Positions 41,234 through 51,843 of a stretch of 64,000 bases of DNA are shown piece by piece. Made by a program: the position numbers and the translations under genes. Origin of the DNA: Clostridia bacterium (GTDB taxonomy: Bacteria > Bacillota > Peptococcia > DRI-13 > UBA5745); assembly GCA_018436095.1 (NCBI GenBank), contig JAHDMJ010000023.1, positions 47-64,046 on the forward strand, given 5' to 3'. A model generated the notes under the pieces. The model ran no database searches, was not told the DNA's origin, and saw only the letters and a program-made list of their open reading frames with translations. Every line of letters starts with the position of its first letter. Position 1 is the stretch's first letter.

Positions 41234-42202
41234 TTAACCGTCCCCCTTTATACGCGGATCGACGACCATATTCAGGATATCCGCAATAAAATTTCCCATA
41301 AAGACAAATAGAGAGCTGATTAAAATGATCCCCATCAGCAAGGGGATATCTCCTTTCAGTCCGGCGGTGGTCAGAGTGCTTCCCAATCCTGGATAAGCAA
41401 ATACCTGTTCAGCAAGTACGGAGCCGCCAAACAGCTCACCGAAGTAAGCAAATTGCAGGGAAATGGCAGGGATGATGGAGTTGCGAAAACCATGGTTTAT
41501 AAAAATCTGCCATTTGCTTTCGCCTCTTGCCTTAGCAAATAGCACATATTCAGTATTAAGGATATCAATCATCTTTTCCCGGGTATGCATCGCAATGTTT
41601 GCGACTCCTAAAATACTAAGTGTCAGTGCAGGCAGCACAAAATGCCTCACCCGGTCGATAAAAAGCACTTCACTGTCCAGTACGCCGGCCGGCGCGGCAA
41701 GACCTACAGGAAACCATCTGAGCCATACTGCAAAAACGATAAGAAGAATAAGCCCCAGCCAGAAGATGGGAGTGGAAACCAACGTATAGCTGTACCACTT
41801 TATAACTTTATCAAGGGGTTTGCCCCGATTCATAGCGGAAACAACACCAAGCAAGTATCCTAAGGACCCAGATAAAACCCATGCGGTTCCCATCAAAGCG
41901 AACGAGGTCATTGCGCGGCTCTTGATAATGCTGATTACGGGACTGCGGTACAGCTTGGATATTCCGAAATTTCCTTGGAGTAAAGAGCGCGCCCATGAAA
42001 AGTATTGCTCTGCGGGGCTTTTATCTATTCCCCAGTACTCCCTGATTTTTTCAATCTGTTCAGGGGATGCGGAGCTGTCACCTCCCACATAAGCGTTCAC
42101 AGGATCCATGGGAGATATATGGATCAGCCAAAATGTCAGAATCGATAAGCCGATGATCAGCGTAACCATACGAACTATACGAATCAAAATTGTTTTTGCC
42201 AA
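41234..42202 (-). CDS. Peptide/nickel ABC permease (OppB/NikB-like)
   Basis: GNFGIS, LPALTL, FAKARG, EQVFAYPGLG; TTG start after AAGGAGG. Confidence 0.9.
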   Translation of the reverse strand: MAKTILIRIVRMVTLIIGLSILTFWLIHISPMDPVNAYVGGDSSASPEQIEKIREYWGIDKSPAEQYFSWARSLLQGNFGISKLYRSPVISIIKSRAMTSFALMGTAWVLSGSLGYLLGVVSAMNRGKPLDKVIKWYSYTLVSTPIFWLGLILLIVFAVWLRWFPVGLAAPAGVLDSEVLFIDRVRHFVLPALTLSILGVANIAMHTREKMIDILNTEYVLFAKARGESKWQIFINHGFRNSIIPAISLQFAYFGELFGGSVLAEQVFAYPGLGSTLTTAGLKGDIPLLMGIILISSLFVFMGNFIADILNMVVDPRIKGDG

Positions 42203-42300
42203 TGTGCTTCCTCCTTGCATCATCAAGAAAAGGAAGCTTGCGGGAAGCGGCGGCTTCCGGCAAACTCCCGATTTCTAATGTCTTTGTAAGTAGCAGCAGA

Positions 42301-43986
42301 TCAATCTGCCCACGTCCATTCCGTAATATTTCCAAACAGCGCCCATTCGTGACCGTGAGAATGAATCGGCTGCTTGCCCACATCGAGCTTCTCGTTTGCC
42401 AGATATAGATGATCCACCCGGGCCAGCCAGATGATGGGGATATCGCCAAGTGTGCCGAAGCCGGTTTGGCCATCCCACTGTGCAAGCTTCCAGTATTTAT
42501 TGGCTTCATCCTGGGTAGGCGCCTGCATAGCTTTGTCCAGATACTCGTCCACAATAGGATTAGTATAGTGGGTCAAATTCTCATAGCCCCGATTGATAAC
42601 CGAGGAATGGTACATGGTATAAAGCTGATGAGGATGGTGGCGTCCGCCGCCCCACATCACCGCATTTTCTTTACCTTTGACGTAAATCTCATCCCAGGTC
42701 ATTCCTATGGCGTTGATTTTGATGCCAAAAGCCTGGGCCAGATCAGCTGCCGCCAAAGACATATCGCTTCGAAGTTGATCGCTGGAGCTAAAGAGCAAGT
42801 TGAATTCTGCTTTTAGGCCATCCTTTTCAACAACACCGTCATTGTCGGTATCTACCCATCCGCCTTCGGCAAGAATTCTTTTAGCTTCCTCAATATTTCC
42901 GTCCTGAATGACGGTTTCCGTATTAAACCAAGGCAGGTAATCGCAAAGAGAGAAGGCTTTCTGGCCATAGCCATCCAGCGCAATATCAATAATTGAATCG
43001 CGGCTTAATCCTGCACTCAATGCCTTGCGGATGGCAAGGTCAGAGGTGACGTCATTACCGACATTGACATCGTTTTCGTTGATCTTTCCTTTGCCGCCGC
43101 TTCTTTGCGTAGGCATGGAAATTCCCCGGGAATCGATGCTCTCAAAATTAAGAAGAGTCATGCCTTCAATGTTTTGATCGGCAAACGTGGGAGGAACATA
43201 AACGATATCGGCTTCCCCGGCTTTGGCGGCTGCCAGCGCCGCATCCTCCGCCAACAGAAGAAGCGTCAGTCTCTTGAACTGCGGTACTGTTCCATACCAA
43301 TACTCATTGTATTCCATGATGATCTGCTGACCGTCATTGTACTGAATTACCTTATAAGGACCCGAACCGACAGGATTGTTTGAGTAATTATCGTCATACA
43401 AATCCTTCGGAACTATCCCTATTTCGGTAAGCTGGCTGACAAAGGTAGAGCGAGGTTCTTTAAGTGTAATAACAATAGTGGATTTATCTTTAGCGTCTAT
43501 GGATTGCATAAAGGATAAATCAAATTTAACACCGTCTTCTTTAAGCATTTCGTATGTAAATTTCACATCCTCCGCCGTAACTGGATTGCCGTCGGAGAAC
43601 TTCACATCATCCCGGAGCGGAAAGGTCCATGTCAGAGCATCTTCACTGACTTCGTAAGATTTGGCTAAATCAGGCACAAAGTTCATGTCCGAATCGATTC
43701 TTAGCAGAGAGCTGTGCGTCAAACGAATTTGTGCATGGGTTCCCCAGCCTTTTTTGGGGTCAAATACGCCGGTATCGGTTTTACCTACGGCAAGTATAAG
43801 TTCTTCCTTCTTGGGGGCGGCTTGCGAAGGCGTATTTGGCTCATCAAGGGGCTGAGCTGAGGACGGAGATGGGGTTTGTGCAGAAGAAGAACTGCAGCCG
43901 GCCACTGCAAACCCGACCGATGCTATCATAACCATGCATAGTGACATAGCCCGCTTCCACGGCATATATTTCTTTGTCTTATCCAT
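42301..43986 (-). CDS. Family 5 solute-binding lipoprotein, His-rich (candidate metal/metallophore binding)
   Basis: Lipobox AVAGC, PDLAKSY, FSDG.PVTAEDVKFT, GSGPY; RHHPHQ and HSHGHEW. Confidence 0.88.
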   Translation of the reverse strand: MDKTKKYMPWKRAMSLCMVMIASVGFAVAGCSSSSAQTPSPSSAQPLDEPNTPSQAAPKKEELILAVGKTDTGVFDPKKGWGTHAQIRLTHSSLLRIDSDMNFVPDLAKSYEVSEDALTWTFPLRDDVKFSDGNPVTAEDVKFTYEMLKEDGVKFDLSFMQSIDAKDKSTIVITLKEPRSTFVSQLTEIGIVPKDLYDDNYSNNPVGSGPYKVIQYNDGQQIIMEYNEYWYGTVPQFKRLTLLLLAEDAALAAAKAGEADIVYVPPTFADQNIEGMTLLNFESIDSRGISMPTQRSGGKGKINENDVNVGNDVTSDLAIRKALSAGLSRDSIIDIALDGYGQKAFSLCDYLPWFNTETVIQDGNIEEAKRILAEGGWVDTDNDGVVEKDGLKAEFNLLFSSSDQLRSDMSLAAADLAQAFGIKINAIGMTWDEIYVKGKENAVMWGGGRHHPHQLYTMYHSSVINRGYENLTHYTNPIVDEYLDKAMQAPTQDEANKYWKLAQWDGQTGFGTLGDIPIIWLARVDHLYLANEKLDVGKQPIHSHGHEWALFGNITEWTWAD

Positions 43987-44117
43987 TTTATTCCCTCCAT
44001 ATAAAATAAAAATCGTCTTATCATATAGCTATATTGGGCTATATGACATAAACAACAGCTTGGTTAGCCACTTCTAACTATAATGCAAGATATACTTCAA
44101 TTCAATCAGTAAGGGGG

Positions 44118-44140
44118 ATTCTTCAGAATTCTTCAGAATT
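44118..44140 (-). promoter_or_regulatory. 10-bp direct repeat, candidate OmpR-family site upstream of the ABC operon promoter
   Basis: (CTTCAGAATT)x2 just upstream of minus-strand TTGAAT-17 bp-TATAGT. Confidence 0.55.
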
Positions 44141-44294
44141 TAAACATAAGATTTGCTAATTATCAAATATGCTATTTTAAGAGCTATCCAAATGATCAAA
44201 TAATTTATTTAGACGCCAAAAAACCCCTTATTCCCAAAGAAACTCTTAGAGAATAAGGGGTTTTTACTTGCGAATCCCGTCTTGCCCGCTCCTA

Positions 44295-45077
44295 TTACCT
44301 AATACAATAGTTATGCTCTATGGGTCCGGCGCCCTGGCCAAGGTCAAGCATTGCCCGCAAAGCCCCCGTCAGATAGGCCTTAGCCTGGCCGATACTTTCC
44401 TGCAGGTTCATGCCGGCAGCTAAGTTGCAGGCTATGGCTGAAGAAAGGGTGCAGCCGGTGCCATGGGCATTGGGATTATTGATATACTCCCCTTTATACC
44501 AGTGCTGGCTGCCCTTTTCGTAAAGCAGATCTGTGGCTCTGTTGCCCAGATGGCCACCCTTGATCAGAATGCCGCCGCCGTAATTCCGCGCTATTTTTTC
44601 GGCGGCTTTAACCATTCCCGCCTCATCCTTGATTTCAAAGCCGCATAAAACCTGGGCCTCCGGAATATTGGGCGTAATGACAGTCCCCAAGGGCAATAGC
44701 TGAGTCAGCAAAGCTGACCTGGCCTCATCACTAAGGAGCTTGCCGCCGCTGGTGGATATCATAACCGGGTCCACCACTATATTTTTGGCCCCATACTGCC
44801 GCAGCTTGACCACAATCACCTCAATGATCTTGCTGTTTGAGACCATGCCAATCTTTACGGCGTCAGGATAAATATCGGTGAAAATACAGTCCAGCTGCTG
44901 GGCTACAAATTCCGGCGTTGCATCCATAATACCGTAGACCCCGGTGGTGTTCTGCGCCGTCAAGGCGGTGATTACGCTCATGGCGTACATTTTATGAACG
45001 GCAATAGTCTTGATATCCGCCTGTATCCCGGCGCCGCCGCTGCAATCGGAACCGGCTATGGTAAGCACTTTTTTCAT
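44295..45077 (-). CDS. thiD: Hydroxymethylpyrimidine/phosphomethylpyrimidine kinase
   Basis: LTIAGSDCSGGAGIQADIKT, VKIGM, DPVM, TPNIPEA, HGTGCTLS. Confidence 0.95.
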   Translation of the reverse strand: MKKVLTIAGSDCSGGAGIQADIKTIAVHKMYAMSVITALTAQNTTGVYGIMDATPEFVAQQLDCIFTDIYPDAVKIGMVSNSKIIEVIVVKLRQYGAKNIVVDPVMISTSGGKLLSDEARSALLTQLLPLGTVITPNIPEAQVLCGFEIKDEAGMVKAAEKIARNYGGGILIKGGHLGNRATDLLYEKGSQHWYKGEYINNPNAHGTGCTLSSAIACNLAAGMNLQESIGQAKAYLTGALRAMLDLGQGAGPIEHNYCIR

Positions 45078-45088
45078 CGGGCTGTCCT

Positions 45089-45772
45089 TCACGGCTCTAA
45101 GTCCTCCTTTACCGTTTTCTCCGCCAGCACTCTCAAATGGCGGCATTCTGCCTCGATATCCTCAGCTTTAAAAATCGCCGATACCAGGGCTACGCCGGCA
45201 ATGCCCGTACCGGCCAGCCGGCTCATATTTTCCTTATCTATGCCGCCAATGGCTACTACCGGTATGGATACGGCTTGACAAATGGCTTTAAGGGTTTCCC
45301 GGCTGACGCTATCGGCATCGGTCTTTGTAGCGGTGGGAAAAACTGCGCCTACGCCCAGGTAATCGGCACCCTCTGCCTGGGCCAGCAGGGCCTGCTCTAC
45401 GGTACGGACCGAAACCCCCAGGATCATCTTTTCTCCTATCAGCTTCCGCACCCGGGCGGCCCCCATATCCTCCTGGCCCACATGGATGCCGTCGGCGCCG
45501 GATTTTACAGCTATTGCCACATTATCATTGACGATGAAGGGCACCCCGTATTGGCGGCACAGGGCCTTCACCGCCACAGCCTCTGCCAGAAAGGCTGCCT
45601 CATCCAGCCCTTTTTCCCGCAACTGGATGCAGGTTGCGCCGCCCCCCAGGGCTGCCTCCACTTGCTCAAAAAGGCTTTGCCTGCCTGTCCAGGCCCTGTC
45701 GGTAACGCCATAAAGCAGCAAGGAATCTTTATCCCACTTCAGTTTATCGGATTTCAGTTTATCGCACTTCAT
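45089..45772 (-). CDS. thiE: Thiamine-phosphate synthase
   Basis: IQLREK, IVNDN, GIHVGQED, FPTATK, AIGGI. Confidence 0.95.
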   Translation of the reverse strand: MKCDKLKSDKLKWDKDSLLLYGVTDRAWTGRQSLFEQVEAALGGGATCIQLREKGLDEAAFLAEAVAVKALCRQYGVPFIVNDNVAIAVKSGADGIHVGQEDMGAARVRKLIGEKMILGVSVRTVEQALLAQAEGADYLGVGAVFPTATKTDADSVSRETLKAICQAVSIPVVAIGGIDKENMSRLAGTGIAGVALVSAIFKAEDIEAECRHLRVLAEKTVKEDLEP

Positions 45773-46610
45773 ATTTTGCTCCCACTTCCAATCCCTTACC
45801 GTTAAGGTGGTAGATTTCATCGATGATATGGTTGCGGTAAGCGGCATTGCCTTCTCTGGCCGCCAGCCTGGCAAAAGCCTGCTCACCGCAAAGGCCCATG
45901 GCGCAGACGGCAGCCGCCGCTGCCTCCAGGGGATGATGAGGATTAGCGGCCAGATAAGCCGCCGTCATCGCCGACAGCATACAGCCGGTGCCTGTGATTC
46001 TGCTCATCATCGGGTGACCGTTGCGGATGCAGAAAGCTTTTTCGCTGTCGGCAACAATATCAATAGCGCCGGTGATAACGATAACGGCGCCGCTGGCCTC
46101 AGCAAACTTTTTGGCAAAAGCGACGACTGAATCCAGATTTTCTTCAGTGGAGCTATCGGCAGCATTGGCATCCACCCCTTTAGTCCCCCCTACAATGCCT
46201 GCCATGGTACTGTTTGTCAAGAAAGCAATTGCCAGGGTTTTGATCTCCGAGGCATTGCCCCGAATAACGGTAAAGCGCAGAGCCTTCATTAGCTGCAGCG
46301 CCGTTTCCGTGCGCAGCTTTGAGGCCCCCGCTCCCACGGGATCAAGGATCACGGGATGACCTAGCTGATTAGCTTCTTTCCCGGCAGCCAGCATAGCCGG
46401 TATTGTAGCGGCAGTCAAGGTGCCGATATTGATGTTGAGGCTATTGCAAATAGAGGTGATCTCCTCCACTTCGCCGATATCCTCCGCCATGATGGGCGAA
46501 GCGCCGCAGGCCAGCAGGACATTGGCACAGTCATTAACGGTAACATAATTCGTAATATTATGGACGAGGGGTCCCATCCGCCTGACGTTTTCCAGAAACT
46601 CATTAAACAT
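45759..46610 (-). CDS. thiM: Hydroxyethylthiazole kinase
   Basis: LVHNITNYVTVNDCAN, GASPIMA, LDPVG, RGNASEI, TGTGC. Confidence 0.95.
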   Translation of the reverse strand: MFNEFLENVRRMGPLVHNITNYVTVNDCANVLLACGASPIMAEDIGEVEEITSICNSLNINIGTLTAATIPAMLAAGKEANQLGHPVILDPVGAGASKLRTETALQLMKALRFTVIRGNASEIKTLAIAFLTNSTMAGIVGGTKGVDANAADSSTEENLDSVVAFAKKFAEASGAVIVITGAIDIVADSEKAFCIRNGHPMMSRITGTGCMLSAMTAAYLAANPHHPLEAAAAAVCAMGLCGEQAFARLAAREGNAAYRNHIIDEIYHLNGKGLEVGAKYEVR

Positions 46611-47853
46611 GTTTGTCCAGACTCCTTTCTCTTTGGCTTTTATTTGCAGGGTTTCCTTTGATCAGCAGATTACCAAAAATACAAAGCAGGCTTGTAATTA
46701 TCATTACCGGCAAAGTATTACCTACCGGCGTATCGATACTGATAAATCCCCTGTAGATGATAAAGCCCGCCAGCCATATTACGATATTCAGCCAATCCAC
46801 TCTTTTCCCGGAATTATCCTTTTTCAAAATAAAATAATCGGTAATTAGAATAGCGGCCATAGGGGCAAACACAGAACCAATCAAATAGAGAAAATCCGTC
46901 ATTTCGGTGATTGGCGTTAGTATGGCAAGAGCTGTACCAAAAATACAGACGGCAATAGCCACCGGCTTCTCTTTAATTTGCCCGGATAGGGCTTTTGAGC
47001 TTACGCCGGCGGAGTAAGCGTCCAGGTAAGTGGTGGTAACCGTAGAAAATAAGACGATGATTAATCCGACCACACCCAGTCCGGCCTTTATCATGATAGG
47101 GGCCACATCGCTTTCTCCCGTGAAAAGTGCCGCTCCCAGTCCGATAATATACATCCAGCAGCTGGCAAAGCTATAAGTCAAGGCGCTGGACACAGTGGCG
47201 GCAAAAGGCTTTTGAGCCTGACTGGTGTAATCGGAAATCAGCGGCAGCCAGGAAAGAGGCATGGCTACCGCCAACTCAACGGCGGCGCCAAAGCTGAGAG
47301 CCGGGCCCGTCAAATCCTGTCCCTGGCCTATACTGCCCTGCCCAACAAGATTCTGGCCGCCTCCTTTGAAAACTACCCCGCTTAAAACTAAGGTCAGCAG
47401 AAACAAACCGCTCATCGTAATAATATTAACCGTCGTAAGTTCCTTAATACCGATGAGCAGCCAGACAATGATCAGCCCGCCGATGATCAGGCTCCAAAGC
47501 CAGTTGCCGCCTATATCGATAATGGCTCCGGCTGCCGCCGCGCCGCTGACAATCATCACTGCCGTCCAGCCCACCAACTGCAATACGTTCAGGGAGGAAA
47601 AAAGCCGGGAGCCTTTTTCACCAAAGGATATTTTCACCGTTTCCATGGCGCTGCGGCCCGTTTGGCCGCCGATCAATCCTGCCAGGAAAAATAAAAAGCC
47701 GCCGATAAGGTGTCCCGCAAGAATGGCAGCCACACCCTTGGCAAAGCCAAGAGGGGCCAGTAAGGTACCCGTCAGGATTTCGGCGATGGATACGGCGGCG
47801 CCAAACCAAATTAGGCTATTGGCAAAAGTAGTGGTTTTCTTTTCTGTGATCAT
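46603..47853 (-). CDS. cytX: Hydroxymethylpyrimidine transporter
   Basis: IWFGAAVSIAEILTG, QLVGWTAVM, AMPLSWLPLISDY, STVTTTYLDAYSAG. Confidence 0.9.
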   Translation of the reverse strand: MITEKKTTTFANSLIWFGAAVSIAEILTGTLLAPLGFAKGVAAILAGHLIGGFLFFLAGLIGGQTGRSAMETVKISFGEKGSRLFSSLNVLQLVGWTAVMIVSGAAAAGAIIDIGGNWLWSLIIGGLIIVWLLIGIKELTTVNIITMSGLFLLTLVLSGVVFKGGGQNLVGQGSIGQGQDLTGPALSFGAAVELAVAMPLSWLPLISDYTSQAQKPFAATVSSALTYSFASCWMYIIGLGAALFTGESDVAPIMIKAGLGVVGLIIVLFSTVTTTYLDAYSAGVSSKALSGQIKEKPVAIAVCIFGTALAILTPITEMTDFLYLIGSVFAPMAAILITDYFILKKDNSGKRVDWLNIVIWLAGFIIYRGFISIDTPVGNTLPVMIITSLLCIFGNLLIKGNPANKSQRERSLDKHV

Positions 47854-47945
47854 TGTTTCCTTCTTTCTCCAGGGTTCCCTCTTTTGCAGATCATGCCCCT
47901 TCAGGGAGAATCCCCCTTCTGGGGAATCCCCCTTCGGGGGGATGC

Positions 47946-47978
47946 AAAAACGGAGAACACCAGTGTGGTGTTCTCCGC
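47946..47978 (-). terminator. TPP riboswitch expression-platform terminator
   Basis: CGGAGAACACCA-cac-TGGTGTTCTCCG followed by TTTTT on the minus strand. Confidence 0.85.
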
Positions 47979-47987
47979 ATAAAGCAA

Positions 47988-48085
47988 GTCAATATCTGCT
48001 CCCTACGTTGGCATTACCCACATCAGGTTTAAGGGTCGAAGCTTTTCGCTTCCTCTCAGCCCGTCTCACGAGCTCCCCTGATTCT
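47988..48085 (-). ncRNA. TPP riboswitch
   Basis: Minus strand CAGGGGAGC...GGCTGAGA...GACCCTTAAACCTGATGTGGGTAATGCCAACGTAGGGA upstream of cytX-thiMED. Confidence 0.95.
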
Positions 48086-48156
48086 TTTTTACGCCCTTAA
48101 CCGCTATCGTTTCGGTTGCGGCGCTTCGTTATTATACTGCAATTCTTTTCCCTTTG

Positions 48157-51100
48157 TCAATGGCTGCTGACTACGGGCAGCTTGGCCGCTGCATCGTAAT
48201 CCACGTTAAAGCCAAGATGCTCCCCTAAAAACCTGAGCTTTACATAATTGCTGCCGTCCACATTATACATGGGCGCCTCCAGCATCTGGCCGTTGACCAT
48301 CAGCGTCAGCCGGCCCAGGCCTTCTCCGGCAGAAGGATCAATCGTGAAATCATCTCCCAAGAGCTTGGAATAGATGGCATTGGTCACATAACGGTAATCG
48401 TCCTGCTGATGGGCCTTATTGGTCATGGTATTGGCAAATAAGGTGATGTTGTAGCCGTCCTGTACATACTCAATAGCCGTAACCTGGTTCTGGTATTGGG
48501 GAATGTAATCGGCTGCCATGAAGCCTTCGATGGGATAATCGCTGCCGGTCTTAATCAGAACCTTAGCTCCTTCCGGCACCTGGGTAATGAAGTTGCCGCC
48601 ATAGCCGTACATGATATCGTCCCCTGCCGCCGCATAGCCGGCGGTAATCAGGCTGTCATCCACATAGGATACTGTAGTAAGGGCGTCAAAGTTGCCGCCT
48701 TTTTGGTAATCCAGGCCGATACCCAGCTCCTTCACCAGCTCTAAAGCTGTGGCGGTATAACCGATATAAGGCTTGCCCATCTCCACATAAGCTTTTTCGC
48801 CATCGCTAAGAGCCCTGCTGCCTACGATAACGTCGGCGGCTTCCAGACTGTCCGTCAGCTCAAAGCCCAACTGCCGGCTGTAAGCAAAGAGATCCCAGCC
48901 CAGGTTGGTATTTAGCCGGTCGCTGTAATTAGCCACGCCGTAAGCCTGACCGTCCATCAACTCAAAGGCATTGGCGGTTTTGCCCGGCACATACAGCTTA
49001 GGCGCTTTGACAATTTTCTTGGCAGTGGGCAAAGTATCACCGGCCGCCCCTTCCAGAATGTACTGATCCTTGACTAGGGCAAAATCAGCAGCGGCGGTTA
49101 CAAAGCCGCCCTTATGCTCACCTGCCGTGATATAGCCTACGGTTTTGCCGGCTTGCAGCAAGCTATTGACGGCTTTTACCGCATCCAGGCTGTTGTTGGC
49201 GATAATTACGGCATTGCCCTGGCCTGTCACAATGGTCTTGATAGCAGGAACCTTATCCAGGGCTTCCAAATCGGCTGCCTTGAAGGCCCCTGCCTTCGTA
49301 ATAACCTCAGCGTCAAAACCCCGCAATTGAGGGAACGCTGTCAAGGGCTCGGAGTAGAGGTCCGTCCAGTCCGTAATAACAATATTGGAATACAAGGCCG
49401 CATTGGCCATGTTCCTTTTGGCCTGACGCATATCCACAATGACGGCGCCTTTTTTATACTCTACACCGCCTACCGTAACATCCTTATTCAACTGCTGCAG
49501 CCTTACGTCATTGCGCAGCAGATATTCAATCATCTCCTTGGCGGCCTGGCGATTGCGCTGGCTGCCGGAGTCAATGGGAATGGCATAATATTCGGGGAAG
49601 AAATTCTGGTTTTCTTCATACTTCTGCCGGAACACACCGGCTTCGGCGCCAATTTCGTCACTTTGACTGACGTAGTAGGGGCGAACCGTGTCGGCGTCAA
49701 TATTGTTCAGGCCCCGGCGGAAAAACTCCAACTGGTTCGTAAAGATTCTGTCTTTATTGGCAGCTACGAAATCCGCATTGCCGATGAAGCCGTATTTAAT
49801 AGCATCCACCGCCTCCTGGCTGCCATAGGGCACCTCGACAGTATAGGCGCTGGTGCCGTGGAGGAAGGAGTATTGGGGCGTGTAGCTGGTGGACATATCG
49901 TCAAAGGGTATCCAGCTTTTATGGCCATTTTCATCAACGGTTAAATAATCCCGCATAGGCATTTGGAAGCTGTTTAATTTGCTGTTGTTGGCAATAGCGG
50001 CGCTGCCAAAATACTCACCCTGGGCTAAAGCCGTATCCATAAACAGATCGTACTCTGCATTGGGCTCATGGGTGGGAGAGCAGGGCTCAATCTGAAATTG
50101 AGTATAAAAACCGTGGATTTCATAGAAGGCAACGGGATTCCATTTGGCAATCAACCGGGTCATGGCTTGAGTCTCCGGCTGAGTCTGGAAAGTATTATCC
50201 CGGTTCAAGTCAAAATAATTGCCGTTGGTACGGGTGAGAGCCCTTTTGCCGTCGGCATTTTGAGAAGGCACCAGGATGAAGAAAACATCCTCCAGCACCT
50301 TGGCCACATCCAGCTCTTTTTGTTCGATATTATAATATTGATTCATCTCTTCGGCAGTCAGAGTCACCGATGCGTCGGCGCTGGGCTTCAGGTCAGTGGG
50401 CTCAAAAACTCCATTGCCCTGAATATAGCCTACGCCGGTGACTTTATCTTTAATAAGCTCCGGCCAAACCTTACCGTCGGCGGCCATTTCTTTTTCTAAC
50501 CGGGCCCGGCCTTCTGCCGTCAGACCGGCGATCATATCATAGGAAATCCTTTGCTTTTGCTCCGCCGCCGCAATGATGGCTTCCAGGAAGTCCATGCAAG
50601 AGTCGGAGCCGGGGATTTCATCGGCATGGATGTTGCTGTACATAATAGGCACTTTATAAGATAGGGCTTTTTTCTCAATCTCAGCCTGCAGGGCTGCCGG
50701 CTGGGTTTCTGCCCGCTCCGTCAAGGCCAGGTGATTGGTCAAGTCCTTTTCCGCGGCGGCCAGAAAAATAGCTTTGATGTCCTGGCCTTCGGCGGTCTGG
50801 CCAATGACCTCTACCTTGGCATAGAGGCCGGCCTGGTTAGCCCTGGCTGCTAAAGCCTCCAGCTCCGCGTCGATCTGGCTCTGGGTTTTGAAGGAATCGT
50901 AAGGCCGAACCTGGACCGCAGCCTCCCCCTTCACCTGACCGTTAACGGCGCAGCTTAAAACGTATTCGCCGGTATAATCCAGGATGCTGTTTCTGACCAG
51001 CCGGCGGTCCCGGTTGTCAACGCCGTTATAACCAAACATAGGGGCGGCGTCAAAAGTAAGCTGCAGATAAAGGCCGTCTTTTTGAACAACGCTGTTTTTA

Positions 51101-51489
51101 ATGTTGGTAAACAAGGGCTGTTTTGGCTGGGCTGCCGTCTCCACCGTCTGCCAGGCCTCCAAGGGTCCCCCTAAGAACTGGTAAGGAAACATCGCTTCGT
51201 CCTGCAGTCCCTTTTGGCGGCTTAAGCTCCAGGAAACCCGGTTACTGCCGACGGCTTCCTCCAGGGCTGCTTTTTCCATATCCGTGATCTTTACCTGGAC
51301 TTGGAAAGACCGCCCCTCCATCAACGCTATGGCCTGGGCCCCTTGGCCTGTATTTTCAAACACTGCCTGCTGTACTGCCGCTGCAGCCAAAGCCGGTCCG
51401 GCGGCGGTCATTGTAGACAGAATTAAGGCCAAACAAAGCAGAGATGCAAGAAAAACGCGACTAAATCCATTAATCTTTTTGTACACCAC
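48157..51489 (-). CDS. Secreted M14 zinc metallopeptidase with C-terminal copper-amine-oxidase-N-like cell-surface domain
   Basis: Signal peptide; HADE, RTNG..DLNRD, EIHG, TVE motifs; C-terminal YNVDGSNYVKLRFLGEHLGFNVDYD. Confidence 0.85.
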   Translation of the reverse strand: MVYKKINGFSRVFLASLLCLALILSTMTAAGPALAAAAVQQAVFENTGQGAQAIALMEGRSFQVQVKITDMEKAALEEAVGSNRVSWSLSRQKGLQDEAMFPYQFLGGPLEAWQTVETAAQPKQPLFTNIKNSVVQKDGLYLQLTFDAAPMFGYNGVDNRDRRLVRNSILDYTGEYVLSCAVNGQVKGEAAVQVRPYDSFKTQSQIDAELEALAARANQAGLYAKVEVIGQTAEGQDIKAIFLAAAEKDLTNHLALTERAETQPAALQAEIEKKALSYKVPIMYSNIHADEIPGSDSCMDFLEAIIAAAEQKQRISYDMIAGLTAEGRARLEKEMAADGKVWPELIKDKVTGVGYIQGNGVFEPTDLKPSADASVTLTAEEMNQYYNIEQKELDVAKVLEDVFFILVPSQNADGKRALTRTNGNYFDLNRDNTFQTQPETQAMTRLIAKWNPVAFYEIHGFYTQFQIEPCSPTHEPNAEYDLFMDTALAQGEYFGSAAIANNSKLNSFQMPMRDYLTVDENGHKSWIPFDDMSTSYTPQYSFLHGTSAYTVEVPYGSQEAVDAIKYGFIGNADFVAANKDRIFTNQLEFFRRGLNNIDADTVRPYYVSQSDEIGAEAGVFRQKYEENQNFFPEYYAIPIDSGSQRNRQAAKEMIEYLLRNDVRLQQLNKDVTVGGVEYKKGAVIVDMRQAKRNMANAALYSNIVITDWTDLYSEPLTAFPQLRGFDAEVITKAGAFKAADLEALDKVPAIKTIVTGQGNAVIIANNSLDAVKAVNSLLQAGKTVGYITAGEHKGGFVTAAADFALVKDQYILEGAAGDTLPTAKKIVKAPKLYVPGKTANAFELMDGQAYGVANYSDRLNTNLGWDLFAYSRQLGFELTDSLEAADVIVGSRALSDGEKAYVEMGKPYIGYTATALELVKELGIGLDYQKGGNFDALTTVSYVDDSLITAGYAAAGDDIMYGYGGNFITQVPEGAKVLIKTGSDYPIEGFMAADYIPQYQNQVTAIEYVQDGYNITLFANTMTNKAHQQDDYRYVTNAIYSKLLGDDFTIDPSAGEGLGRLTLMVNGQMLEAPMYNVDGSNYVKLRFLGEHLGFNVDYDAAAKLPVVSSH

Positions 51490-51620
51490 GATAATATTCC
51501 TCCTCTCGAATTTAACTAATTATACATCCGAATTTATTAATATGCAAAGGAAAATTTAAAATTTTCCTGCGGTTTTTCCCTGAAGAACAACGGCGTTAAT
51601 TTGTGCTTCCTGTAAAAACG

Positions 51621-51717
51621 AGGCTGTCACAAAAAGTGATATGCTCCCTTCCAGGCAAACAAGTGAAAGAATAAATCACTTGATACTGAGAAGGGAGCAT
51701 ATTATTTGCGACAGCCT
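51621..51717. mobile_element. ~97-bp hairpin-forming MITE-like / IS-end remnant
   Basis: AGGCTGTCACAAA...TTTGCGACAGCCT outer arms enclosing ATATGCTCCCTTC...GAAGGGAGCATAT; no transposase gene. Confidence 0.55.
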
Positions 51718-51843
51718 TGAATGTCCTTATTAAATTGTACATTTCAATTCTGCGATTAGGTCTGCTTCCCCGACTTTTTCAATGAGCCCGGTTTGTCGAG
51801 GGCTTAATACGGTTATTTTTTAGTCCTTTTTTGCCTCGCCTTC

